Part shown: positions 28,994 to 38,482 of the stretch, one piece after another
Position numbering within the stretch: the first letter of the stretch is position 1
Layout: each line of letters opens with the position of its first letter
Origin: a virus
Length of the DNA: 64,000 nucleotides
IMG/VR virus record: IMGVR_UViG_3300018059_000012
Location: 1 to 64,000 of that record
Strand: one strand, 5' to 3'
Notes under the pieces: generated by a model
What the model was told of the DNA's origin: nothing
The model's input: the letters and a program-made list of their open reading frames with translations, nothing else
Databases searched by the model: none
Translations under genes and position numbers: made by a program

Positions 28994-29550
28994 TGCGAAG
29001 CAGTGAGGATCTCTTGCTCACGCGGCGGCACCTGAGCATTGCCTGTGTTGGGAACGGGACGCCACGCGTGGCCAATGGCTCAATGATCGACCGCTTTGAT
29101 GTTGTGATTCGCTTCAACAACTATCGCCTCGCCCCATACGAACATCTTGTCGGAGTCAAGACAACATGGCGGTGTACATCGGGATGGGGTGACATCGAGC
29201 GTCGGGTGTCGCACCCGGAGTTCAGTCCGTTTCGTGCTGATGCGCCACAATCACTCCATATCCCCTGGTACACCGCGCGGCAACCTGAGCACCCACTCCG
29301 GACAGCGGAGTATGATATCAGACTGGACTGTCTCAAGCTTGGGATTCAGGCGCCGTCAACAGGCTTCGCCTGCCTGCTGCTTTGTGCAGCCCTGGCGATG
29401 TCGGTGACCATCTTCAATTTCGATGGTTTTCTCACACCACCCTACTGGACGCCTGATGCGCCGGTGATCAGCGGGCATAGTCGTGATGAAAGGGTGGCAC
29501 TCAAAACCTTAATTGGGATGCAGCAACCAGGAGCAATGCGGCAAGTATGA
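28993..29550 (+). CDS. GT29 (sialyltransferase-like) glycosyltransferase
   Basis: Sialylmotif L: IACVGNG...GSMIDRFDVVIRFNN...VGVKTT; motif S: PSTG...FDGF; motif VS: H....E (GHSRDER-like). Confidence 0.75.
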   Translation: MRSSEDLLLTRRHLSIACVGNGTPRVANGSMIDRFDVVIRFNNYRLAPYEHLVGVKTTWRCTSGWGDIERRVSHPEFSPFRADAPQSLHIPWYTARQPEHPLRTAEYDIRLDCLKLGIQAPSTGFACLLLCAALAMSVTIFNFDGFLTPPYWTPDAPVISGHSRDERVALKTLIGMQQPGAMRQV

Positions 29551-29563
29551 AAGGTGGTGCGTG

Positions 29564-31216
29564 ATGGATTCAGTCGGTAATGGACCGGAATCGAAAGACG
29601 TCTTGGCCGTGCTCGATGGGGAGCGGCAGCCAGGATCGGTGCTTGAAGGCAATGGGGTCAGACCCAAGGCGGGTGCGAAATGGGGGAAGTGGCTGAGCCT
29701 CCCGCAGTACGATCCGGATACGAAGTCCGGACCGAACAAGTTCATCACAAGCACCTACGAGTATGCCAAGCGGTTTGCGATCGTGGATCCGTCAATCGCG
29801 ATCGGTGAATCCTGGAAGGGGGATGAGGCCAAACACGGTGTTGAGATTCCAGGATTGCCGAGCAAGATCATTCCACGTGATGTCGCCGGTGTCATGCTCG
29901 TGCCGTCGCGTGAGGGGCGGCGCTGGCGGCCAGTGGAAGTCAGGAACTACGCCGAGCTCAGACAGCTCGAAGAAAGTCGCTGGGGCCGAGATAAGCGGCA
30001 GATGGAATCCTGGGGCCGATTCATGGAAGCGCCAGGGGAGCCGTATACACCATCAGGATTCTCCAACTCACCCGGTGGCGATGCGACACGCCTGTGGGAT
30101 ACGGAATTCGTCCCGACGATGGGCGGGCCGTTCTACAAGCAGCTCTATATTCATGATTATCTCAAGATGCATTCGACTGCGTTCGCGATGGTGAATCACA
30201 ACGCGCTTGCCGCCGCGGCGATTCGGATCATGGAGCGGTTCACGATCGGGCGTGGGATCTCCTATGCGATCAAGGATGATGAGGTCAGGAAGGTCTGGGA
30301 CAAGTTCTGGCGGCGGAACAACATGAAGCAGAAGTTCAAGCAGATGGCGCGGGATCTCCCCTGGCAGGGTGAGCTCATGCTTCGATTCTACGAGAAGTCC
30401 AGGGGCGTGACGAACTTCAGGGTGCTCGATCCATCCACCTGCTGGGAGGTGGTGACCGACCCTGAGGACATCGAGGAGGTGTACTACTACCACTTTCAGT
30501 GGCCGACGCCCTATCAGACCTGGGTAAGCGGGAATATTCCATCGTCACGGTACATCGTCCAACAGGTTCCGCCCACGAATATCATGCATATCAAGGTGAA
30601 CATCAGCAGTCAGGAGAAACGGGGCCGCAGCATTCTCCTGGCAGCGATGCCCTGGCTCCAGCGCTTCAACGACTTCTACAATGGGCAGACAATCAAGGCG
30701 GTGCTCGAAGCGAACCTGGTCTTCAAGATCAAGGTCAAGGGTGATCAGACCGACGTTGATAGCTTCCTCGAGAATCCGGCACTCACGGAGCTGCCACCCC
30801 CAGGTGGTGTCTGGATCGAGAACGAAGCGGTGGATCTGACCGCCACGAGCGCAGTGCTCACCGCCGGGAGAGGTAGTCAAGGGATCGGGCAGCAGATCGC
30901 GAGTATCGTTGCGGCGTCGATGTTGCTCCCGAACGAGTATTTCAACATCGAGTCTGGGGCGGCAGCCCGAGCGACAGCGCTGGTCAGGACGGATCCGGCG
31001 GTCAAGACCATCGAGGATCAGCAGCAGATTCTCAAGGAGACCGGGCAGCAGATCTTCGAGCGTGTCATCGCCGAGGCGATCAACGCTGGGGTGATTGATC
31101 CAAGCAAGGCCAAGCATGCCAACCCGGATACGACCATGGACAATGGGCAGGATGATGAGGATCGTGAGATCAAGCCTATGCGAGCCCAGGCGCGGCTAGT
31201 CAGGACGGTGGCGTAA
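29564..31216 (+). CDS. Portal protein (N-terminal major part)
   Basis: Follows terL; N.LA..AI.....FTIG.G, W.KFW..N.M, GEL.LRF, I.HIKVN....KRGRS.L. Confidence 0.85.
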   Translation: MDSVGNGPESKDVLAVLDGERQPGSVLEGNGVRPKAGAKWGKWLSLPQYDPDTKSGPNKFITSTYEYAKRFAIVDPSIAIGESWKGDEAKHGVEIPGLPSKIIPRDVAGVMLVPSREGRRWRPVEVRNYAELRQLEESRWGRDKRQMESWGRFMEAPGEPYTPSGFSNSPGGDATRLWDTEFVPTMGGPFYKQLYIHDYLKMHSTAFAMVNHNALAAAAIRIMERFTIGRGISYAIKDDEVRKVWDKFWRRNNMKQKFKQMARDLPWQGELMLRFYEKSRGVTNFRVLDPSTCWEVVTDPEDIEEVYYYHFQWPTPYQTWVSGNIPSSRYIVQQVPPTNIMHIKVNISSQEKRGRSILLAAMPWLQRFNDFYNGQTIKAVLEANLVFKIKVKGDQTDVDSFLENPALTELPPPGGVWIENEAVDLTATSAVLTAGRGSQGIGQQIASIVAASMLLPNEYFNIESGAAARATALVRTDPAVKTIEDQQQILKETGQQIFERVIAEAINAGVIDPSKAKHANPDTTMDNGQDDEDREIKPMRAQARLVRTVA

Positions 31217-32208
31217 TGCCCAAGACACCTGAAGTCATCGACCTGCAGGACATTCGCGACGCGCTCCGCGATGAGCGGCCGTCGAGCATCCAGACGTTAC
31301 TCGCGGAGGACACGAAAGAGCAACCCTTTCAGCTTGATCTCTTCAGGCTTGCGCTTGGCGCACAGCTCGAGCGGTTCGAAGAGGGCAACAGTTACGGTGG
31401 GAACATCAGCGGACGCGATGCCTTCGAAGCCCCATGGACGCCGGTCCCACTCTTTCAGGCCGAGGAGTTCATCGCGAGTCACAAGCGGTACGCGCTCGAG
31501 ATCATCTTCCCCACGGTGTTCGAGGAAGATCGTTCCATCAAGATCAAGGACATTGCGACGGCACAGGGCTTGGACTACGCGAGCCATCAGTGGGCGGCGG
31601 AGCAGGTCGCGAAGGAGTTGGGACGCGAGGATTTCAACTACAAGCAGGAGATCGCGCAGATCAAGGTTGAGCGGAACACACTCCCGCCACCGCCTGGGAT
31701 GGAGGAACCGCTGCTGGATCCGAACGCCCCGCCTGCTGCGCCGCCATCAGCGAACATGCCCAAGCCTGGATTCACCCAGGGTGGGATTCCACAGGTGCCC
31801 AGCCGGTTGCCTGAGATCGCGCCGAGTGATGAGGAAGCCCCAGGCAAGCGTGATCAACTCTCAGGCCCAGTGGTGGCGGAGTTCAAGCGACAGCAGAAGC
31901 AGAGTGAAGCCAGTACGCGCTTGCTTACCTACACGCTGACAGTTCTCGGTGAGACCATGAAGATGATCAGTGAGAAAATGGGCACGCCACCGCAGCACAT
32001 TACGATCGAAGGAGCCAGGGTGATTGTCCCGAAATCTGATGCCCCTGATGTCATCGTCAGGAATGATCTCACTGTCCCACCGGCACCTGCCCCAGCACCA
32101 GTAATCGTCCCGGAAGTTCGTGAGCGGACGTTCGAAGTGGTGGAGCGTGACCCACTCGGGTTTGCCAAGAGCTTCCGTGAGCGGTACCTGCCGAAAGAAG
32201 CGGTCTAA
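31216..32208 (+). CDS. Probable portal C-terminal part encoded as a separate gene
   Basis: EIIFPTVFEED...S...AA...D...E..QI..E followed by a Pro-rich tail and VVERDPLG; TAATG overlap with the portal gene. Confidence 0.6.
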   Translation: MPKTPEVIDLQDIRDALRDERPSSIQTLLAEDTKEQPFQLDLFRLALGAQLERFEEGNSYGGNISGRDAFEAPWTPVPLFQAEEFIASHKRYALEIIFPTVFEEDRSIKIKDIATAQGLDYASHQWAAEQVAKELGREDFNYKQEIAQIKVERNTLPPPPGMEEPLLDPNAPPAAPPSANMPKPGFTQGGIPQVPSRLPEIAPSDEEAPGKRDQLSGPVVAEFKRQQKQSEASTRLLTYTLTVLGETMKMISEKMGTPPQHITIEGARVIVPKSDAPDVIVRNDLTVPPAPAPAPVIVPEVRERTFEVVERDPLGFAKSFRERYLPKEAV

Positions 32209-32210
32209 GC

Positions 32211-32651
32211 ATGGCGCGGGTCATTCTGAGCGAGCAAGGCGCCACGCAATTCCTCAAGCAACAGGTGGGTCTCGAGGAGGCGGAGCCGCTGTGGCTCAGA
32301 CTCTACGGGAACCCACATCAACCGAATCGCAAAGATGATCTGGCCAACTACACCGAGTGTGGCGGGCATGACTACGCGCCGAAGCTGATCAAGGCGTCGG
32401 AATGGACGGTGATCAATCTCGAACATGGGCTTGTGGGTGTGATCGCCCCAGCGCAGATCTGGACGTTCGGGGATGGTCCACCGATGCGGGTGTACGGGAG
32501 CTATGCGACAGGTTCACGGCGGTCACGTCTGCTCTACTGGGGTGATGCGCTCGAGGGGAACTACGTCCTGGTCGAACGACGTGGACAACAGCTCGAAATT
32601 CAACCGTGTCTCATCAGGGCATTGGCACCCGATTCAATTGTCGGAGGATAG
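32211..32651 (+). CDS. Hypothetical protein
   Basis: ORF in the head operon. Confidence 0.6.
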   Translation: MARVILSEQGATQFLKQQVGLEEAEPLWLRLYGNPHQPNRKDDLANYTECGGHDYAPKLIKASEWTVINLEHGLVGVIAPAQIWTFGDGPPMRVYGSYATGSRRSRLLYWGDALEGNYVLVERRGQQLEIQPCLIRALAPDSIVGG

Positions 32652-32663
32652 AAAGGAAAATCT

Positions 32664-33995
32664 ATGTCAACGTTCCCACCGATCCTGTTCAAGTCGACCG
32701 ATGCCGGCGCCCCCGTCCTCACGGGAGAGGTCGGCAAGCTCATCGGCGTTCTCTCATCCTGCTTGATCTGCAACTCGATGTTTACCGGGATCAGTGGCGC
32801 GTCGTTCGTGGACAACACGGCCGAGGCACGTTTGCAGGGCGGTACCGGCTTCGTCCTGTTCCAGGGCCCGACCGTCACCGTCGATGAAGCCTACGTCGGC
32901 ATGTCGTCGCGCTTCGGCCGCGTCAAGATCGTCTTCGACACACCCGGCGTCCAGAACGCGGCGATCACCCTTGCATGGGAGTACTGGGACGGGTCAGCGT
33001 GGACAGCCCTGTCCGGCGTGGCCGATGGCACGTCGGAATTGACGGCCGACGGGACGGTGACCTGGACGATCCCGGGCGACTGGGCGGCGGTCGCGGTCAA
33101 TGCGGTCACACAGTTCTGGATCCGCGTGCGCTTCACGGCGGGCTCCTGGACGACGAACCCGCTCGTGGCGACGCTGAGTGTGACGGGGTGGACCCTCGCC
33201 TTCGGGCCGACGGTCAACGTCGCGGACTACCAGCAGGGCGGGGGTAACCAGTTCTACCTCGACGTGAACGACAACGGGTCCGGGGCGGCGACCAGCGCCC
33301 GCCTGCGCGGGTATGAGGTCATGACGGCCCTCGCGACGGGGACCGGGCCGTTCCCGACCGCGGTGCAGTTCGCGAACGGGCTCTTCGCCCGCAAGGCGAC
33401 CGCCGCCAACGCCACCGCGCGGCCGTGGTTCGTGGTCGCCGACGATCGCACGATCTACGTCATTACGTTCCCAGGTGATTCGTCGCGGTACTTCGGGTTT
33501 ATGTTCGGGGACATCTATAGCGCCGTTGTGGGTGACGGCTTCCGGACCGAGTTGATCGCCATGACCGTGGAGGACGGCGCTGGTTCGAGCGAGCATCTCG
33601 CCCGGGTGGTCGCCAGTCTCGCGGTTGTGGCCGGGCACTACATCGCTCGACCATACACGGGCATCGGCTCCGCGCTGAACGTCGGTAAGTCTGCAGATGC
33701 CTCGAAGCAGGCGGGTGCGACCACCGAGTTAGCCGGGGCCATCACATATCCCAACGCGCCGGACGGCGGGCTGTACCTCGCGCCGCTATGGGTCAATGAG
33801 GGCGGCATCTACGTGCGCGGGCGCCTCCGAGGCTTCTGGTGTTTCCTGCACGCGATCACGTCACTCACTGACGGCGACACGTTCTCCGGCGCCGGGGCGC
33901 TCTCCGGCCGGACGTTCCTCTTCCTCAAGCCGACTGCGCCGGCCGGGGCCGGGGCCTTCGTACTTGAGACGTCCGATACGTGGGAGACGAACTAG
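32664..33995 (+). CDS. Virion structural (fibre/decoration-like) protein
   Basis: STDAGAPVL.G..GKLI.VL..CL N-terminus of a type seen in phage virion proteins; Gly/Thr/Ala-rich beta content; higher GC than flanks. Confidence 0.6.
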   Translation: MSTFPPILFKSTDAGAPVLTGEVGKLIGVLSSCLICNSMFTGISGASFVDNTAEARLQGGTGFVLFQGPTVTVDEAYVGMSSRFGRVKIVFDTPGVQNAAITLAWEYWDGSAWTALSGVADGTSELTADGTVTWTIPGDWAAVAVNAVTQFWIRVRFTAGSWTTNPLVATLSVTGWTLAFGPTVNVADYQQGGGNQFYLDVNDNGSGAATSARLRGYEVMTALATGTGPFPTAVQFANGLFARKATAANATARPWFVVADDRTIYVITFPGDSSRYFGFMFGDIYSAVVGDGFRTELIAMTVEDGAGSSEHLARVVASLAVVAGHYIARPYTGIGSALNVGKSADASKQAGATTELAGAITYPNAPDGGLYLAPLWVNEGGIYVRGRLRGFWCFLHAITSLTDGDTFSGAGALSGRTFLFLKPTAPAGAGAFVLETSDTWETN

Positions 33996-34574
33996 ATGGC
34001 CGACCTCGGCGCTATCGCGGTGATCGGGAACCTCACGAGCCAGCTTGACGATCAATCGCCTGACGTCTTCCCCTCGCGGATCGAGTCGGGCAACCTGGCG
34101 AAGGGGCTCTTGGGGCAGGTGCCGGTAGGCTACGCGAGGACGTTACAACTTACAAGCGAACTGGAGCCGTTGTTCTTCAACTTCACGCCAGCAGCGGGTG
34201 GGTTCGTCACGTTCAAGTCGGGACGTGACGACACTGTAGGAAATTCTACACCGCCAAGCCAGAAGCAGAGTCGCCCCGGGACTCTCAAGCGACTCTTGGT
34301 GCCGGTATCAGTGGGGGCGCGGACGATCTCGATCGACGTGCTCGTCGATCATGAAGACGTCGCGGTGCCTCCGTTCCCGTTGCTGATCGTGAAAGCGACC
34401 CCGGAGATTGGGCTCTTTGACGACGTTATTGCTATTGCTGCTGGTGTAGCAGGATGGCAAACGCTGACATGCGGATTCACAGCACTCTACTCCGGTGTGG
34501 TCGAAGTCTGGCGGGAACAGCCGAGTTTCAGCTTTCAGCGCGACGTCTGGTGGGACAACTTGACTGCTTCCTAG
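33996..34574 (+). CDS. Putative virion structural protein
   Basis: Beta-rich; WQTLT..FT....GVVEV...WWD; coupled to neighbours. Confidence 0.55.
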   Translation: MADLGAIAVIGNLTSQLDDQSPDVFPSRIESGNLAKGLLGQVPVGYARTLQLTSELEPLFFNFTPAAGGFVTFKSGRDDTVGNSTPPSQKQSRPGTLKRLLVPVSVGARTISIDVLVDHEDVAVPPFPLLIVKATPEIGLFDDVIAIAAGVAGWQTLTCGFTALYSGVVEVWREQPSFSFQRDVWWDNLTAS

Positions 34575-34578
34575 CGCG

Positions 34579-35493
34579 ATGGCTTCGAAAGACTTTGATC
34601 TGTGGTTCATCGGAGCGCCAGTCCTCCAGACAGGCTCGACGGGCGACTTTGCGTATTGGTTCATCGGGGCACCAGTCTTGCAGTTCGGGGTGGTCACACC
34701 CCGCGACCTGGTCCGCGATGAAAGCATTCCTGTTGAGTCTGGCATTGCCCTCCAGAGTCTTGTTCTCGATGCCGCCATTCCAATTGATTCACTGGGGGCG
34801 GTGGTTGGTCTCATCCGTGATGAAGCAATCCCAGTCGAAGCCGGGCAGGGGATTCAGCGTGATGTCACGATTCCAGTGGAGAGTCATGGCAGTCTGCGCA
34901 TCACTGCGGAGATCCCTGTTGAGTCGCTTGGGAGCCTGGTTCGCGACGATGACATCCCGATTGATAGTGAACAGACACGCATCGCTCTGACACGTGATGA
35001 AGCGATCCCTGTCGAAGCGGTTACAGGAGTTACCCGTGACGATGAAATTCCGATTGACTCGACTGCTGTTGCGGTGCTTACTCTGGATCGGGATGAAGCA
35101 ATCCCGATTGATGCGTCGACTGTTCCAATCACTCCGTCGGATCTCGTCGTCTTCTACGGTGCAGGCGCCCCGTGGCCACCGTCGTGGCTCGTCAGAGCCC
35201 CGCTGCTCAACCGGACCCAGCACTGCGCAGTGCTCTACCTCGGCGGAACAAGCTGGAGTACATTCACCGGGAGCGAGCTACCCCCACGCCCGTCTCACAT
35301 GGTCAAGCCCGTTAAAGCGCCCAGGCGGATTCGGAAGCCACATCCGACTCCGGCCCATCCAGGGTATGTCCGTGCGGGGCATTCGTCGATCATCTGGCTC
35401 GGCGGGCGCTCGACGGAAGCGACGCGGATCGACAGAGCAGCCGTGATGAAACAGGATGAGGAGGACTTCATGACGCTCCTGGCACTGCTATGA
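34579..35493 (+). CDS. Repeat-containing putative structural protein
   Basis: DF..WFIGAPVLQ twice, then about 9 copies of (RD)xxIP[VI][ED][SA]. Confidence 0.65.
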   Translation: MASKDFDLWFIGAPVLQTGSTGDFAYWFIGAPVLQFGVVTPRDLVRDESIPVESGIALQSLVLDAAIPIDSLGAVVGLIRDEAIPVEAGQGIQRDVTIPVESHGSLRITAEIPVESLGSLVRDDDIPIDSEQTRIALTRDEAIPVEAVTGVTRDDEIPIDSTAVAVLTLDRDEAIPIDASTVPITPSDLVVFYGAGAPWPPSWLVRAPLLNRTQHCAVLYLGGTSWSTFTGSELPPRPSHMVKPVKAPRRIRKPHPTPAHPGYVRAGHSSIIWLGGRSTEATRIDRAAVMKQDEEDFMTLLALL

Positions 35494-38276
35494 GCGTGAT
35501 GATCGAAGCTCGGACGCATGCGGAGTTGTTACGTGATGCAAACACGCATGTGCGAACCTATCTCAATCGCAAGTTGGATGCTGATGCTGTCGACATCGCG
35601 AAGGTGTATCAGGGTTCACGCGACCGCCTGCTCACCAACCTGCGGGGGATTTACGACACGTACCTCGCCGAAGATCCGACGTATGTCCGGGCCAGGAGCA
35701 CTGGGGCGTTCAGGCAGATGCAGGCTCGTATCGATCGTGAACTGCAGATGCTGACTGATGAAGTGGGACAGCGTGCTACGGCGAAGATGGCGGAGCTGCT
35801 GAACACACAGCCTGACATCCTGGAACGTCGTCTCGGAAAGATCTTGAATAAGTCTTTCTTCAAGTTACCGGTTACGGCGCAGAACGTCTTGGGTGAGCTC
35901 ACCACGAGTGTGATTGGTGGGGCGACGTTCGAGGATCGCATTCTCTCGATGAGCGATGACATGAAGCGAGTGGTGACCAATGATCTCCGCCGCGGGCTCA
36001 TCAACGGCGATGACTTCAATACGATCCGAGCCAGGATCTCCAAGACGTTTGGCGTCGACAAGCTGAAGAAGCCAGCGTACAGTGCCTATGGGTCGGTGAA
36101 AGTCTACAAGAATGAAGCCCGTCGGCAGTGGAATTTGTTGATGAAACAACAGGCTGATCGCATGGAATCGTATATGGTGTGGTTTGCCATGATTGATGAT
36201 CCTGATGTGACGCCAGGTTGTGTGGCCAGGCACGGACTTCGGATCGATGAGGATCTCGGTGGCGATGCCCCACCCAGACACTACAACTGTCGGTGTACGA
36301 TCGCCGTGATTGATGATCGTGATGAGATCACAGAGATGCGACTTGAAGGCTCCGCGCAGCTGAAGGTGATGGGGTACTCCAGGGCCGAAGCGAGAATGGA
36401 AGAAGCGAATTGGGATCCAGCCGAACATCCACGTGGGCATGGTGGGAAGTTCGGATCCAAGGGTGGGGATGAGAAAGGTGGAGAGAAGAGTGGTGGGGCA
36501 AGGTTTGAAACACGGATGCGCGATGCCAGTGGTGAGACGTTTGTTGGACCAGATGGCAAGGTGTATTGCGATGTCGCCGACAAGGATGGGATGTACGCCG
36601 ATAATTCGTCGTTTCAGTCTGGTCACGAGACACTAGCCAAGCAAATAAAAGATGGATCGAGCGCTGCTGATCTTGTCAAGGATGGATTTGTTCGAGCGCG
36701 GATTGACAGCGGTGAGCTTGGTCTCGAGCTTGATCTCTCGAATGAGACAGCGCAGAACAATGCGATTTCAGTCGTCACATCGCATGCTAAGGGTGGTGAT
36801 GTCTTTGTAGATTTTCCTACCAAGCAAGGTGGTCTCTCAACGTCAAAGATCGCCGCATTTACTGGACGTAGTGCTCCTGGGAAAGCGATTCGTTACATCA
36901 AGTCAGGCGGCAAAGATCGTTCTGAAACGACTGAATCATGGCGGCCAGCTCGAGAGCGTGAAGCCTGGGATCCAAGTCAGCATCCTCGGGACAGCGATGG
37001 TAAGTTCGGTGGAACCGGTGGGAGTGTGTCGCCAGAAGATGTTGAGCAGTGGGCAGACGATGCTGGGGCGAAGTTCGATGGGATTCAATCCTTCCCGAGC
37101 ATCAAGGCTGATCCACTCGTTCTGATTACGGACAAGGTGTCGCAGTCGACCGGCGTGATTCCACTCAACAAGATTTCCAAGAAGGCGGTGCAGGACAAGG
37201 TCGACGAGATCAGAGCGAAATTCAAGACAGCGGGGTGGGGGTGGGGACATGAGACACTTCAGCCGGTGTCGACGATTCATGAAGTCATGCATGACGAGAG
37301 GACGCAGTACAAGAGCGTGCCCTGGCGGAGTCTCCCACGCGAGACTGCTGGGTACGAGCGTGGGACCTGGACGGATCTCCAGGTTGCTGTTGCGACGGAT
37401 CACCCGGATTCGGTCTTGCTTAGGAAGCGGGAAGGAGAGGACGTTGAAGTCAAGGGCTGGAGCAGCTGGCGACCAGTGAAGCCGTCGGCCTATCCGATCC
37501 AGACGCTCCAGGGACTTGCTGATGATAGTGCGACGATTCAGCCCCCGTGGGATATACGATCGGAACGGCTCCCGCGCGAGATCATCGCACGCTGGTCAGC
37601 ACTCCGAAACATCACGTTCCCAGTGGTGCCGGTATTTGCGATCGCACTTGTTGATCAACAGACCGCTGAGAATCTGACGACCGGAGCTGTGCCGCCGAGT
37701 GAGGTACTCTGGCAGAGTGGACTCCCGGCACTGTTCCCGCAGGCACTGATGCAGCTGTTTTGGCGGCAGGGGCATCCACCGAATCCACACTTCGTCTTCG
37801 GTGAAGTGATCGAGAAAGAAGTTCGACCCAGAACGATCGTGAACGTGACGACAGGCGAGGTAATCTATGCGGCCGACGACTTCGCGTCAGAGATTCTTTC
37901 GCCCTATACGCGAGTGGCCGCGGCAGTCCATGAGACTGACGGACGTATTTGGGCAATCATGCCTCGAGGCCTTGCACGATGGGTCCTGCCTGGTGGGCAC
38001 ATCGACGCTGGCGAGTCTCCACGCGCTGCCGTTGTCCGAGAGATGCTTGAAGAGACCGGGCAGCACATCCGCGTCCAGCGTCTGATCGGGACGTTGTATC
38101 GGCCATGGAGTCGAACGATGGTGTTCCTCTGCGCGAACATCACGAAGCACAAGAACTGGAGTTCAAGCGACGAGACGGACGCCGTGCTCGCGATTGACTT
38201 CAGAGATCTTGCGACGGACGAGCGACTCTTCCTCCAACGACATGGCATCTCGGCACGCTGGACGGAGGCGTCATGA
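35490..38276 (+). CDS. MuF/SPP1 gp7-like minor head protein with long extension and C-terminal NUDIX hydrolase
   Basis: PPRHYNCRCT MuF motif; two WDP..HPR...GKFG..GG motifs; NUDIX box GGHIDAGESPRAAVVREMLEETG. Confidence 0.88.
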   Translation: MSVMIEARTHAELLRDANTHVRTYLNRKLDADAVDIAKVYQGSRDRLLTNLRGIYDTYLAEDPTYVRARSTGAFRQMQARIDRELQMLTDEVGQRATAKMAELLNTQPDILERRLGKILNKSFFKLPVTAQNVLGELTTSVIGGATFEDRILSMSDDMKRVVTNDLRRGLINGDDFNTIRARISKTFGVDKLKKPAYSAYGSVKVYKNEARRQWNLLMKQQADRMESYMVWFAMIDDPDVTPGCVARHGLRIDEDLGGDAPPRHYNCRCTIAVIDDRDEITEMRLEGSAQLKVMGYSRAEARMEEANWDPAEHPRGHGGKFGSKGGDEKGGEKSGGARFETRMRDASGETFVGPDGKVYCDVADKDGMYADNSSFQSGHETLAKQIKDGSSAADLVKDGFVRARIDSGELGLELDLSNETAQNNAISVVTSHAKGGDVFVDFPTKQGGLSTSKIAAFTGRSAPGKAIRYIKSGGKDRSETTESWRPAREREAWDPSQHPRDSDGKFGGTGGSVSPEDVEQWADDAGAKFDGIQSFPSIKADPLVLITDKVSQSTGVIPLNKISKKAVQDKVDEIRAKFKTAGWGWGHETLQPVSTIHEVMHDERTQYKSVPWRSLPRETAGYERGTWTDLQVAVATDHPDSVLLRKREGEDVEVKGWSSWRPVKPSAYPIQTLQGLADDSATIQPPWDIRSERLPREIIARWSALRNITFPVVPVFAIALVDQQTAENLTTGAVPPSEVLWQSGLPALFPQALMQLFWRQGHPPNPHFVFGEVIEKEVRPRTIVNVTTGEVIYAADDFASEILSPYTRVAAAVHETDGRIWAIMPRGLARWVLPGGHIDAGESPRAAVVREMLEETGQHIRVQRLIGTLYRPWSRTMVFLCANITKHKNWSSSDETDAVLAIDFRDLATDERLFLQRHGISARWTEAS

Positions 38277-38482
38277 CCAAGCTGAAGTTGCCTTGCCTTG
38301 TTGTTCATCGTGGGAAGGTCTACCAGTTGAACGAGACTAGGAGAAAGGGGCTCATCCTCCAGGCTGCCGACCAGGACAAAATAAGGGTGGACAACACCAG
38401 AGGTGAGTGTTGTATACTCACCATCAACAAGCGGGTGGCGCTGAGGAGTCTGAAAGGCTCCGTCGCACAGCCCGGGAGATGA
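38273..38482 (+). CDS. Small protein resembling HemP (hemin uptake) family
   Basis: VVHRGKVYQLNETRRKGLIL versus the HemP pattern I.H.G..Y.LR.T..GKLIL. Confidence 0.45.
   Translation: MTKLKLPCLVVHRGKVYQLNETRRKGLILQAADQDKIRVDNTRGECCILTINKRVALRSLKGSVAQPGR

Noticed and set aside
38441-38466. CTGAGGA followed by GAAA suggested a hammerhead ribozyme
   Set aside because: GAAA is the loop of the GGAGTCT/GGCTCC hairpin, not the core strand after stem II; no compatible stem I/III was found
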